Part shown: positions 24,101-39,100 of the stretch, piece after piece
Layout of the letters: each line of letters opens with the position of its first letter
Numbering within the stretch: position 1 is the stretch's first letter
DNA from: Mytilus edulis
Taxonomy: Eukaryota
DNA: 64,000 nt
Direction of reading: 5' to 3'
Assembly (NCBI RefSeq): GCF_963676685.1
Contig: NC_092350.1
Coordinates: 83,762,001 to 83,826,000 of the forward strand
Program-made: the position numbers and the translations under genes
The notes under the pieces: model-generated
The model's input: only the letters and a program-made list of their open reading frames with translations
Told to the model about the DNA's origin: nothing
Databases searched by the model: none

Positions 24101-27100
24101 TAGTTAAAAATATGTAAATATATCTGACAAATAAACAATCTCATGCATTTAAAAATGTATGATGTCACTATGACGTCATTATTGTGCACCAACATTATAT
24201 TTGTACTATGAATTTGGTAAAATTGTAATGAATTTTGCTTCCAACGACATTTGCTTTGCATGGATCACCATACTTTTGTATTTGGCTAAACATCTGACCC
24301 CTATAGGTCTTTGTATCGGAAATTTACTTGGTTGAAAGGGTGCAGCTAGTGTTTTTCAGAAGATAGTAGACTTAACAAATGCACAAAAAAAGGTAATCAG
24401 GCTAAAACGGATATATGTAAGAATACAATTTGTACATTTATGGATTACCATTATCAATTCAACCATTACATGTACAATCGACTTTTTCTCCTGAAACTCA
24501 TGTTGTTATCACTAAGGCTTGTTACCTCTTTCCTTCTCTGCAGCTTACATCCGTATAAGACTTTCATCAACAAGTCCATTTAAATGAACAACCTACATTT
24601 AGCCATAACAATAACGAACCTTTACAAATAATGTATTCCATGATAGTGATGTTTCTCTGTCGTAGTGTCCAGACGCATGAGAAAACATATAGGTGTAATG
24701 GCTGTTTACGTATTTTATACTGATCCGGTGTTCTATATCTGTGTCTGCCTTTAGAAAAAATAATATTGTTTCTGTTCACATTCAAATAGCATTTGAAGTT
24801 AAATATACTTTTACGATTCGTGTGAAGCAACCTTTTTTTTTGTACCGGTGACATTTTGTAAGCCAAAAAACATCCAATTCTTTTTTCTAATTCCAATGGA
24901 ATATACATACAAACAATAAAAGTTGGGAATCAGTGGGGAAAAAGTTCATCAGATCACACCGGAATTAACTAATTAAATACCCAAAGAAGATGATTTAAAG
25001 CAGTAACTATATATTTTAAGAATCTGTCTAAAACTGATCTGACAAGTATTGTTTAAATATCGTACTGAAGTTCATTTAAACCTTAATTATCAAGCTGTAT
25101 GATTGCAAAGGTAAAATAACAAAAAACTGTATTCCGAGGAAAATCGAAGCGGAAAATCCATTATCAAATGGCAAAATCAAAAGCTCCAACTCATCAGACG
25201 ACTGAATAATTGGTACAGGTATTTCCTTCTGTAGAAAATGATGAATTAAAACTGGTTTTATATCTAGCTAAACGTCTTACCTGTATGACAGTCGCATGAA
25301 TCTTTCATTCACTTATTTGTAGTCTGAACAATAAGTGTATGCTTTATCTTGATAAGAAAAATGATTTGCATTAATAAATGAATTAGACTGCCGGTTTTGC
25401 TTACATAAATATGTAAGTCTTGTGTGATTTTTTTAACTTGAATTCACTTATATGTTTTGAAGTTTATTTTTGACGTTCATCTTCAGTGAACTAGTACACA
25501 TATTTGTAGGTGCCAGATAAGGCAAACTTCCGGGTGCGAGTTTTTTCGCTGCATTTAAGACACATACGTGGCCTTCTGTTGCTCTTCGGTCGGGTAATGG
25601 TATCTATGACATATTTTTCATTACCATATTCAATTAAATTGCATACTATAACTGGTCAACATCATTCAAAGTGATTTACCTGTGACATAAACTCCTTCCA
25701 CAAGCCAATTTGAACTAGATTTACCACTGTCATAAAACACCACAATCCTACATTCTGAATAGTAATAATATTTAGTTCACTTCATTGTTAAATACAATCG
25801 ACTAATTTACACTACTTGGTTGTTTTTTTTCATACACTGATGTTAAGTCCTACCATAAGCGAAAGCTACATAAGTTTTTTTTTTTTTTTCTTTATCATTA
25901 TTAAATTGGATACAATATTTATTGCGCATTTGAACATATATTTCCTGTCAATTTTTTCGTTTCTTTTTATGTTACTATCAAATATTCTTGATTTTGTTTT
26001 AGATGAGAAGGTATCTTGAACATATGAAAAAAAAAGTATGCTCAAAATACTAAGGTCCATAGCAAAATTTAAAAGAGAAAGTTCGAAAACACTGACAACA
26101 TCAAACACTAACAATCATCGAATCAAGTGAAAAGCAACGGTACCATACCTGGCGTGGTAAAGGCAATAGTTGTTTTGTCTTTTGCCTTTAGTAGCGTTAG
26201 TTACATTATCTTTCTAACGTGATTGATACATTTTTTTCAACTTTGAAATGAAAAAAAAAATTAACAATAAGGAAGTAAAGTGCTGTGAGTTCCTGGACCT
26301 GAAATGCATCATTACACATTTCGGCGTTGATTTATAATAAAATAAACAATTTCAAATTAAGGTTCTAAATCCCTATAAAAGGAATAGATGGTGCATTTGC
26401 TAAAAAAATAAATGTACTATCTGTTTATCCATCTCTTTTTCTTGCTTTTTAAAATGCTTACGTCTTTGCATTCATTGTGAAAAAAAATCCAGAAAAGTGT
26501 TCCAAACAAATGAATATGTTCAATTAGTTTGTAATTGATGAACGATTTTGAAGTACCAATAAATGTATTTTTTGAATATTAGAACATAAATAGCATGTGT
26601 GAAGTTCCAAATTCCATTCACTAAATTTGAGTCAACGGGTTTTTTTTTGCGACCTCATACATTTGATATGTTTCCAATAAATCAGCAATAAAATGGTCAT
26701 GCTATGGCAAAAAGAAGACGAAAGAAAACAACAGACAAACAACAATATACATATATATACTGATCAACACGAACACCGCCAAAATCCTGGGACAAATCTT
26801 TTGACCACAAATATCATAATTGAGTTACTTTATCATGAAATCATTTGAGTTATAGTTGACCTTACAGGAATATTTATTGTATATAACCCTAACTGTATTT
26901 AAAAAATCATTCGAAAATTTCGATCATCAAAGATCTCTATGTTAATTTGTTATTGTTTAGTATTTTTATTCGAACGGCACTGATGAGACTTATGCAGACG
27001 AAATGTACGTCTCTCGTACACATTTATGAATGAGTTTATGAATTCATCAGACTGTTGTCTCCCAAATTCACATTTGATATTAACCTTATGCGTTTTGAGT

Positions 27101-30100
27101 ATTATTTTCTTTTAATATTTCTCGAGTGATTTCTTTTTTTCCTGTTTTCTTTTGTTAATTTAGCTATTCTTAAATTATAAACCTTACATATATTTGTACG
27201 TTTCTCGTTTTCACTTACAATAAACATCTGCAGCCTTTTCCATTTAGACGACGCCATAGAACAAACTGTGTATACCAAGAGAACAATCGACGCAGATGAA
27301 AAAGTAACAAGAACAGTGGAAAACATGTTGAGTGCTCTGGTCAGTGTTTGATCTGCTATTATAAATTCTGACAGCAGTGCCTGTATATCTATGTTTCCAA
27401 ACACGGAATCATACCGAACGTATATTGCCAATCCGAGTGTTCCTATATTACATATCTGAAATATTTTGTTTCAGACCATGCATGTATCCTTTTAAAACAA
27501 ATAATTCTCCTTGTGAACATATCTAGTAATGTTTTTGTCTTCTTTATTAAACTATTTGTAATTTGGCTTGTTTCCTCTTGTTTGTCACGGTTTTGTCAGA
27601 TTCTCTTCGACATTTGATTTGGTTTTATATCATCGGCCGTTTTACCAATTAGTCTACTAATATTTATCTTATTTTCAAAACATATCAAACGAAATCTCAT
27701 TGTTACTGTAGTCAAAAGTTTTTTTTCTTTTTTCATTACATACAGCTTCATAAAATTTATCATATCATTTGTATTAACCATTTCTTGAAATCATAATTAG
27801 ACAACTTGTGTTTTGATATAATCAAAAATCAAAATCATCAATAAACTCGGATTTTTATTTTTGATTTAGAAGAAATGAACTTACCAAATGAGTTAACTTA
27901 GATATTTAAAGACAATAACATAATTTATGTATAACTATAATGATAATGATTTACAAAACTTCCGTCCGACTTCTAAACATACGTCTCATACTTTTTAATC
28001 TTTTCTTTACTGATTAATTGTCATCAAAACTAAGATTTACGCACTCACCAGCACAATTCCGTACAAGATGAAATGTAACAAAGATGTTTTGGATCTAAAA
28101 ATGAAAATAGTATGTACTTGAAGTAAGAATGAACTATTGTCCGCACTTTATGCAGAAGCTTTAGTGATTAAGGATTGACAAATTTCAATTCAACTATTTT
28201 TAACAGTTCGTATCTCTTTAAAAATGTTCAATGTGTACGCTGCTTTTTTTCTGGACATTATTTCGATATATATGCATACGGGACATTCGACCAAACAACA
28301 CATTTCTGAAACATAAGTGTCATTAACATGACTTTTTACGAAATCATCTTTTTTTAAATAACATGGTAAATTTGCAAACATTCTCTCCAGTTGCAGCTAT
28401 TTCATTTCAATCTCGAGGTGAAGACTGATGTCTGGTCACCTTTCGGAAGTGTTTTAAAACTGGCATGACAAGAATAAAAAATAGTTATCAAAGGTACCAG
28501 GTTATAATTGAGTACGCAAGACGCGCATTTCGTAAATGATATGATGGACATCAAATAAACAGTTTAAAAAAAAAACTTGTTCCGTTTATAGTATCCAATA
28601 TTAGTTGTAGGGATTTTTACGTATTTAAAGAACGGCCACGTATTTTATTATTTGATGTCTGAAAGTATCTACGATTTTGAATATCATTGTGTTTTTTGTT
28701 ATTTTTCTCTTGTTTTGCCTGTCTTACGTAGTTGGGTATTAGTAACTGTTCTTAAATTCATGTGTCAGCGTTTTGTGTACATTTGAATAATAGACAACTT
28801 TCAAGTTTGATTTTTTTTCTAAAAACTTCAATGAACACCATTTGTGCGTTAAAGATATTTTCACTTCCCGTCCACGTTAAGCGAGTGGATGAAAAAATGT
28901 AATGATGTATTGCACAACTTATTAGACAAATGAAATTCTTATAAACAGCACGGCTGTCAGCCTGTCATTAAGTAAGTGTGATTTAGTACGGAACAAACAC
29001 TTTTTCTTGTTTATCCTGCAAAATGCCTGTCACAAGGACGCTTGCTGAACTTTAATGATGCAAGGATACATGCAGCCCAGTCTATCTGGTAAAAAATATC
29101 ATAAAAGCGCGCATAATTCACGATTTTTTTCCGGTGAAGTACATAACTCGAAAGTGGTCTATTGTATGTATCGCTCGACATAAGGAGTATGGATGTAAAC
29201 AGATGAGCATTCGATAAAAGAAGAACATGAGGAGAAATAAAACTGCTAAAATTATAATTAGTTATACCGAAACTCAAAAGTACTTCATTTCCAGGTGCAA
29301 AATAATTATATGATAGTGAAGGAAGTCGGAAAATTGCAGTTGCTTGGTTTTCACCTGTCATATTGAAAGCAAAATATTAATTTTTTATCGAGGACCTAAA
29401 TGCACAAACAATCGGTAGGACATTTTCAGCATTGCATAATCGGTACTTACTAATAATAATTTGAAATACAGAACGTCGTGCATTCGTTTTTCACTTTTTA
29501 TCAAACAAAAGCACTGCAACTTTCATCTAGGGACATATTTTTCACCTCAACTGTTTAGCCCATTTTTTTATAATATCATTCTGGGATTGCTTGGTAGGTC
29601 ATACACATTCGCCATAGTGTTAATAATGGGTGTTTGTCTTCGTATTCATGTGTTTCCTTTTTGCTCATGTTCTTTTATATAGAGTGACTATATGTCATGT
29701 TGTTTTTATTTATTAACATTGTGGTTTGTTTTTAAGTGAAAAATTTAATAACACAACGCTGACTTTTGTACTAAAATGTTGACATGTTTATCTTAATATA
29801 TGTCTGTTGGTTGTACTCACATATTGCTGTCAATATAATGCAAGTATTTTCAACTGTCATACAAGTTTCGTTCTTAATTAAGAAAAAAGAATGAGTTTTT
29901 GGCAACTGATTTATGTAATTTCACCTTTTCCAGCTATTAATAAAGAATTGCTGTATCCCTCCAAATATTTTGCGTAATATTATTGTCTTTGAGTTAGGTG
30001 CCTGATCATGATCAGCTGGACCTTTAGTTTCATGTATATTCATTGATGTAATCAGTGAATATTCTTTGTTTGCAAATAGGAATCCAATAATCTATAAGTG

Positions 30101-33100
30101 TAAGGTTAGCGGCTATATTTTTGTTAAACAAGTCATGAGATTAATATTTTGAACACGAAATTTGTTATTCATGTAGCATTTATATTATTTTAATAAAATG
30201 TATATCATGAATTTTACGCAAATGTCAGAATAAGCAACAATTTTACTAAACGCAAAACAACAATGTATAACATAACTGTTCCTATGCCGATTACGTACGT
30301 TGTATGATTATTAAAACATAATGTTATGTTGTATGTGTTGACCATGCGTGATAAAATTTAAATATGTTCTATTTCGATATAACTATTTCAATTTCAAAAA
30401 TTCATTTAATTCAGATCTGTGTATCTTTGTCTAATTGTTTGCCTACTACGTTTTACAAAAAATTATTTGACTTTTGGTAACGACAACATGAAATTACTAT
30501 ATTTGACATGTCAATGGCTCTATTTTAAGTGTATTGCAAATAAATGGATAATGAAAATATCTTAGACAAGAAACGCTTTCTTTGTCGAAAATCCCAATTA
30601 TCATAAAAGGAAGTTTGCCGTTCAGCAAAATACAATTGAGAATAAAAATGGTGAAAATGTGAAAGAGACAACAACCCGACCAAAGGGTAGATGCAATTTA
30701 AAAGTGAATGGTTTTGATTGTCATAATGTTTGCGATGGGATGACTTTTTTCGTATGTGATATGTTAAACTTTGTTGTGTGGAGAAGGCGTACATAGAGTC
30801 GACATGTGGCGGAATACACATGTATTTTTCATTTCAAAGAAACATTTCACCAACCTAACAAAATTCTTGCTTCTTTTCGGAGTTTATGCAATTCCAGTAT
30901 TTTTTATAGTAATTTTGTATTTGCAAGCTTTTGAATATGTTTGCTATAGTATAGCAGTTGTCCTATTTTTAAAGGTATTCTAAACAATTTGTGTTTTTTT
31001 ATGTATTTGAACTAATAAGCATGTTTGTTTCTCAATTATTTACTCGTCCTATATGCAAATCACAAAGCAAATTTATAGGGTTTGCGATTGAGATTTCAAT
31101 GTATCTATGCAAGTCTTATTTTACTACCTCAATAATTATTTGCACTGACACTATTCCAAGAAACCAGCCAATAAACATTTTGGTTTTGAAGACTATCTTT
31201 CCAGTGCATGTCTAAAATAAAATAAAAGTATTAAAATCACTTTAAATAACCTTTTATATCTACACAAAAACTGTTTATCTGTATATGCTGTCCATCAATA
31301 TGTTTTAAAAAACATACTCATTTGCAAAAATAGATACCGTCTTATAATTTGTAGACATTATTACGTTGACTTCTTATAATAATCGATTTGTGTGGTTTTC
31401 TATTTATTTCGGCAAGGTTACAGCAATGACTTTCGATGGTAAATGTACATTTTTTTTTTCATTCTTTGAATGTTATGCACAGAAGTACATACATGTATAT
31501 ATATTTAAATGTTCGTAAATTATGAAGTCGTAATTTTCCAATCCTTTCATTGTTTACCAAACATTATAACAAACAAAACAATATGTATTTCTTTGCAGAA
31601 CACAGTTATATTAGTTATATTGAGTTTGAATTACAAATATATCGAATTATGAAATCACAACTAAAAACCATAAGACATACAATAAAAAGGTGTTTTATTT
31701 ATTTTGAATACTGCTGCTGATACACTTAAGTTCCTTAATGTATCATTAGGTCATTAGTACAGGATTTCAGACTAATTACTAACAACAAAGATGCTTCAAA
31801 AAAAGACACACCGAAAGGTTTGTACTAATATTTGCAACACAATGGGTGCCACACGTAGTGCAGGATCTAAAAACCTTGGGGTACAACTGATATAACCACA
31901 ATATTTTTGGGAGGAACGTGTTGTTCAGTCTTTTGTCGTATGTGTAGTGTATTGTGTACTGCTTATCTTTTCGGTTAAGGGACTTAATTTTTCGGCTCTC
32001 CTTTAGACACCATTTGCGAGTATGGTCTTAAGGGTACGACGATAGCCTGTCGGAAAGGGACGATAAATGGCTGAGCCGTGTATAGAGAGAGCCATATCAC
32101 TTGCACGTTAAAGACACCCTTGCAGATTTCTTAAAAAGAGCAGTTTAACGCCGCTACAAGGCAGCACTCGCAACCGCAAAGTGGAAACGGATTAATACAG
32201 GTTGCAATTACTCGTATCTCAATCCCCTATAAATACATATGTTTAAACTATCTGTTCGGTTTTGCAATGGCGTTGTTCGTTTAGTTTTTTTTTTGGCTTT
32301 TTTACTTGTGAGCTTGAATATCCCTACAATATCCTTCGCACATCTTTTAAAGCGTACTCTTCAATGAATTTTCATTAATGAATTTCTTAATTATATAGGC
32401 TCAAAGTAGTATACTTAATATGTTATAGACTGGAAGATCGTTTGAACATAGAGGATTAACGAACTAAGATTTATTAAACTTACGTCTCTTTTGTATCCAC
32501 CACAACTACCAAAATAGTCTAAATTATTTGAACTTGTAGTGTAATACGATCCTGCATCCATTCTACTCTCATGGGCATTTTTACAACAGAACTGGTATTC
32601 GTATATACCACCAAAACTGGTATCAGAAAACCAAAACACTCCACAGCACTGTAACTACATATGTTTACATGTTGATCAGTATTTTTCGTTTATTGGTGTT
32701 GTTCATAAGTGATTATCGTTACTCTTTTTTAAACATATAAGACCGCTGGTTTTTCTGTTCGAATTGTTTTACAATTGTCAATGTTGGACCCTTGTTAGCT
32801 TGATATTTGGTGTGAGCCAATGGCCCGTTTTGAGGGCATTACTGTTAACTATATTTACTTTTTATACATTTTGATTTTGATAGATATTTGACTTATTGAC
32901 ACTCAACCCACATTATCTTATTAATATTGTTTATACGTTCAATATGTTCACGATATTGTCATTAGAACAATTAAAAAATCTCTTCTATTTCACGCATAAT
33001 ACTTGATATAGTTGACGACTTGCAGCGGCTGTCCACTTATTTAATTAGCATATAAATAAATCGTTTTAAATGAAACAGAAGAATTTGTTACAAAGTGCAG

Positions 33101-36100
33101 TAGAAATAGAAAAAAAATCAGATTTTCGGGAGACAGATTTTGTAATACTATATTTACCGGATTTGTTATAACATAAGCAACACGACGGGTGCCAAATAAG
33201 GATCAGGATCAGCTTACCCGTCCGTAGCAAATGAGATCACCCCTAGTTTACATGTAGGTGAGGTTCGTGTTGATTAGTCTACAGTTTGTTATGTTGTGTC
33301 ATGTGTTCTATTGTTTGTCTGTTTGTCTTCTTTCATTTTTAGTCAGGCGTTGTCAGTTTATTTTCGATTGATTAGTTTGATTGTTCCTCTGGTATCTTTC
33401 ATCCATCTTTTACACATCTTGAAATGTAGTTATAGTCATCCAGGAAAAAACAAATAATGAATTAAAAGTTATCTTAACAATTTCAAACTTTTATATGCTC
33501 TGAAAATTCAAGGCAAATAAACTCATCATAGATACCAGGAATGGAATTTTGTATTTGTGCTAGACACGAATTTCGTCTACAAAAGTCTTGTTAGTGACGC
33601 TAGAATAGTAATATAGTGAAAAAGACTAATAAGTCGTGAAGTTGAAAAGCATTGAGGACTTGATGACACTGTAATAAGTTTTTTTTTTCATAAAGAAGAA
33701 TTCGATATGTTGTTTATCACAAAAAACTAATCGAAACGTTCATGTTGGCGATCAAACATATTTTTATTTAATATGCAGTTATTTTTTCAACAAATATTAT
33801 CCAACATACTTTCATTATCATGTTATTCCAGTTTTCTGTTAATTTGTTCTGGGTATTGTTGTAATAATACCCGTTCTGTTGTATGTAAAGTTGATCTTTC
33901 ATGTCGTCCTTAATCTGAAAATGAAAAAATAATGTTACCAACAATCATTTATGACTACAGATAACTTATTGTCAGTAACATACTTTCTTTGTAATTAGTT
34001 TTATCATAGTTTTTTAAAAGATTGGAAAATTACTATGGTAATCTTTTTTATACGACTTACATGGTAGTAATTCGGTTAAATAAGTTAAAAGATGAAATAA
34101 ATTGAAGTTTCTTTGAATTTGGAATTTTGGAAATTGTTGCGTATGTCATACAAGTGAGAGGTTTAGCTAGCTATAAAACCAAGTTCAATACATCATTTTT
34201 TCATGAGAAAATGCCTATACCAAGTTAGGAATATAAAAGTTGTTATCTTTTCATTTTATATGTTTGAGCTTTTAATTTTGCCATTTAATAAGGATAAATC
34301 CTGTTTGATTTTTTCTGAAAGTTCAGAATTTTGTTGTTTTACTTTTTTCTAGGAGAAAATTTCTCTTTTGCAATATTAATCAAAACCTATTTCTATATTT
34401 TAGTATGTATCATGATTGAACAATAACTTATGTTAGGAAACGTACCTTCTGAATTAACACAGAGAACACTATGAGACTAATTAACCTTGGAACATGTAAA
34501 ATAGTGGACAAAACTGAACTCTGAAAAAAAATTATATGCATATATGATTCTTGCAATTTTAAAGCTGATTGGTTAATATAAAGTTTAAAAACAAATCAAT
34601 GTTGATTGGTTAAATGTGTTAATTAGGTAGACTAACACTACTCAAGAATGAGAACCAATTCAAATGTGGGCTAGTTCGTTAAGATTCGGATATAAATACA
34701 TTTTTGTATGGGACTATATCAAGTCAGAAGCCTGTAATTTGGTAGTTTTTAGTTTTCGATATATATCTTATTGTATTTTAGTTTTGTTCATAAACTATAG
34801 CGTTAGTTTCTCATTAAAAATGATTTTCTTTCGTACTTTTTGGGGTCTTCAGTAGCACCATAGGTGGCATGGGTTTTGTCGTATTTGCAATCATACGATA
34901 TCTTATTTGTTTAATACCTCTTTTAATTGAATCATATATGTATCGGCAAAACGTTTTAAACTCTGATGATTTTCCATTAAAAAGAAGCTCTGGATGTTAG
35001 AGTTATTTCACTCTTGATTCCTTTGCAATGAACAAGCATTTCAGAAATTCGCTATAGTGAATAACTACAGATCTGTATTTGGTTACGACATATCAATATG
35101 TTCTTTTGATGGTAAAGTAGCAAATCAACAAACAAATGTTTATTAAAAATGCAAATGTTTGACATAAAAACTACATGTTTAAGGGTTGAACACAGTTTTG
35201 TAGAGGTCAGTTTACACACCGATAACCATTAGAGAAATATGTTTACCCCTTTAAGGGGCTTGCGGGTCTGTATCGATTTTTTAGGATATCACTATATTTT
35301 TTCTATAGGTTAACTTTATCTTATACATGTTATACTTAATAGAAAAATAGAATAAAGAAATTGGGTCACCGTTCATTTACGCTCAAAATCTGCTTTCGAA
35401 AGAAGCGAACATTTTTGTAAAGGCAACTTTTTTCTGTTGAACTAATAGGAGAAATACCGATAATATCGAAATAAAAAAAAAAACTTAATTACAGAAATCG
35501 CTCAAATTTTACAATAGTTTAGTTTAAGTACAGCTTAATTGAAGATAATAATAAAAAAATATAGGTCACCGATGAGTTTAAAACCATATTTCAATTCTAA
35601 TGCTAAAAAATAGCATTTTGGTACCAAATGGAGATAATTTGGAGCGTTTCCAACGATATCTACATTTTAAAATTCATCTGGAGCCAACACGAATTGATTT
35701 TTTTGAATTCCTTTTGTACCATATATTAAAGTAAGAACTACTAAAGGAAATAAATAAAATTTGTAATGAAAAAAAAAAAAAAAAAATCTGAAACTTTTAT
35801 ACCCTCGAGCCTCCTCAATGACTTCAATAAAAAAAAAACGTTCCACTTTACGTTAATTATCATTAGGTAGCTACTGAAATAGATAAGCCTAAAAATCACT
35901 ATTAGTATTTGGCAACCTACCGTGATCAAAAAGGCTGATGATTTTCTCCATGACCCAACTATTCCAATGATTGAAATTACCATCGCCAATATACCAAAAA
36001 CTACACTTGACGCAGCCAATCCAACAAGTATATCATAGAAATAATAATTGTAAAACTGTATTTGATAAAAGATATATTTGAGGGAACTATCATAAATGAA

Positions 36101-39100
36101 GTTGTCCCCCATTAAAGTCAGTCCTAATCCAAGGAGGCCACCTCCTACCATCTGAAATGTAAACCATAAATTATTGTTATTTGGTTTTACCCTTATAACA
36201 GGAATGATATCTATGTATTACTATCACTGATGCAAGTCAACCTTACTTAGTCTAACTATTAATTTACGAAGTTATAAGAAATCATCACTTTCGAGTTGTT
36301 TTTTTTTTAATTTAGATTAAACATCAGACTTGGTATAATATTTGTAAACATAAATGGCAGAAGGGTGTATTCCACGTATATTGTTATGAATATCATTAAA
36401 TGTATTCGTTTTTTGTTAACAGATTATTTAGTTGTATCTATAAGTAAAATACTCACAATGGAAGTGATCTTCAGTATAACTGATAAAAATGCAGACTTCG
36501 ATCTACAATTGTTTGTTTTCATTTAGTTATATACATGTATTGTTTTTGTTTTCAATAGCGTTCCACAAACTGACAAATATAAACCGACATTTATCTTCAT
36601 TCGATATCCTATACTGTATTAACATTTTTCTAATTTGAAGTTGTGTATTCTAGTTTCAAATTATCAATAATCGTTCGATGCTCTGATATTTTTAAGCAAG
36701 GTTGCAAATATATACAAGCCCAAGTACATTCTTTAGAAAATGTCCATATAAGGTACAAGTTTTGTCTATCGTCGCTTTGAAAATATGAAATAAGAGGATG
36801 TTTTCGAATAACGAACGGGGGCTCATGAGAAAGAGAATGTAACCATGTCCCTCTTTTAACAAACTACTGGTGATTAACCTTATAACTGTCTGGAAATATC
36901 TTTTTTTTATATTTTATTTTCTGTCTCTTCTCATTTACACCTTACAATCAGGTATTTATTTGTCAAACACTTATATATGGTGTCATCATTAAAGTGTTTG
37001 AAATATTCCCATCACTCATTTGTGTTTCTTCCAATGCAATGTGTCGTTGCTATTTGTCAATGTATGGAGCAATTGCTAGTCCTTCATACATAAATTTTTC
37101 CCTTTGAAAAATTATACTGTAGTTCTCACAAAAAATAAGAAGATGCAATATGATTGTCAATTATTCAACTGACCACCTTTGTGGTCATAAAGTGGATGTT
37201 AGCAATTAATAGCCGTACGACCTTCATCATGAAAAAAGCATATCAGATAATCGGTATAAGAAAACTCTTCCATAAAATTATGAATAAAAACAATTGAGAG
37301 TACTAGCGGATTGATTTATGTCTTCACAATTGACGAAAAACAAATATGACCGACAGGAAAACCACAACCAATGTTCCACAGGATCCTGACACTTGGGACA
37401 TGGAAAATTTATTTGCAGAATAAAACATGGCTGAAGACGCTAACATTCACATAACCTGGGGCAGTGATTTAACAGTACAACATAATAACAAACAATCCAA
37501 ATTAGTTGAAAAATGATTAGCTGATCATCTCGATACACAGCAGGGTTCGTATACATCCTTTAAAACAATAAAAGATACAAAGTACATATATAAAAAAAAA
37601 AATGCATCTAAGATGAAAATAGATATCAGTACACATTCAACATCTAAATGTATTTTGAGTGAATAATAAGTAAAGGAAATAGTAGTATACCGCTGTTCAA
37701 TAATGCTAAACTGATTTTTTCTGGAAATCAGTATTTTTGTGAATTTATTTTTTGTTTGTTTTAGAACTGCGTTCATTATTTATACATATTGATTTTTCAA
37801 ATGTTCATCAAAAGTGATTTCCGTGACATTACCTAGCAAATTTACTTGACCATATTGGGAAATAGGTAATTAGTCGGATCTTAACACGTACTTGTGATTT
37901 GTTTAAAATCGGTTTTGATAAATAATAAACGAAGAAATGTCGAAATGTTCAGGACTTAATTAAATCCGTATTTCGGTAAGATGGTGCACGCATACGATTT
38001 TATTGCGTCTTACACTTTGAGAAGCGAATAATCTTTAACTACTTTATTCAAATATTGTGTAAAAACGTTAATTTTGAGCTATGAAAGTCAAGTGGCTCGA
38101 GCATTTTTCTGAGGAAGTTTAACAAAATTGCAAAGAAATATTTTTACAGTGGGCTAGCTTTCATTAGTCTTCACTATCTATAGATTAACAATTTTTGGTT
38201 ATATTTATAATTTAGAATCATCATTGAAGGTGGAGCACGATTGCACAGTTGATTAATTATATTCATGTGCCATTTGTATGCAAGAATGACATTCCGTTGT
38301 ATTATGTGCCAATTCGAAAAAATTATGCGAGTATTGTCTCCCCTAAACAGGTTCATTTTTTTTTAATTAAGTTTAGGTTTCTGATATAATTTTGAATAAT
38401 TATGAACTGTATCAATTCAATATATTTCAGTTTTTGTTATTGGTGTATCAAAAACATTGATGTACGAATATAATTTCATAAATTTGAAACGTTTAAAATG
38501 ATTACATACCAATATAAAGAACCGTTCATCATTCTTCAAAAAGATTATAAATGAAAATCGAATTATATATCTTCCCTTGATGATAGATTGATTGGGAAAT
38601 GAACCAGAGTTATCTAATGGTAATCACAGAGAGGGACTAGCAAGCAATTTTTAATCGTAGCTTATTCAACGTTAAAACAAATTTCCACTATAAACGAATG
38701 TCACTTTATACAAATATAAGGACTTTGTTAGCCAAATCTACAAATTTTATTAGATATTATGATTTTTTATTGCAACAGATTAATATGCTACATTACCTTT
38801 GCCAGTTATCTTTAGCAGACATTAACAGATTTTTGAAGATACCATGCTTTAAAGAAAACAGCAGATAGTACTTGTTGTCTGTACTCCTTGATTTCTTTTC
38901 TTTGAATTCAAGTTTCCTGTACGTATATTCTACAGCAACTATGATGAAACACTGCGAAAACACAAACATATAAAGCTGCGTACATCGTCGTGAAAATATT
39001 GCAGTGGTAAAGTTCATTAATATAAAAAAGAAGATGTGGTATGATTGCCAATGAGACAACTATCTACAAAAGACCAAAATGACACAGACATAAACAACTA

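Noticed and set aside
36744-36753. CArG box (CCATATAAGG) upstream of the internal ATG of gene B
   Set aside because: Several such motifs are expected by chance in 64 kb of AT-rich DNA, and there is no independent support.
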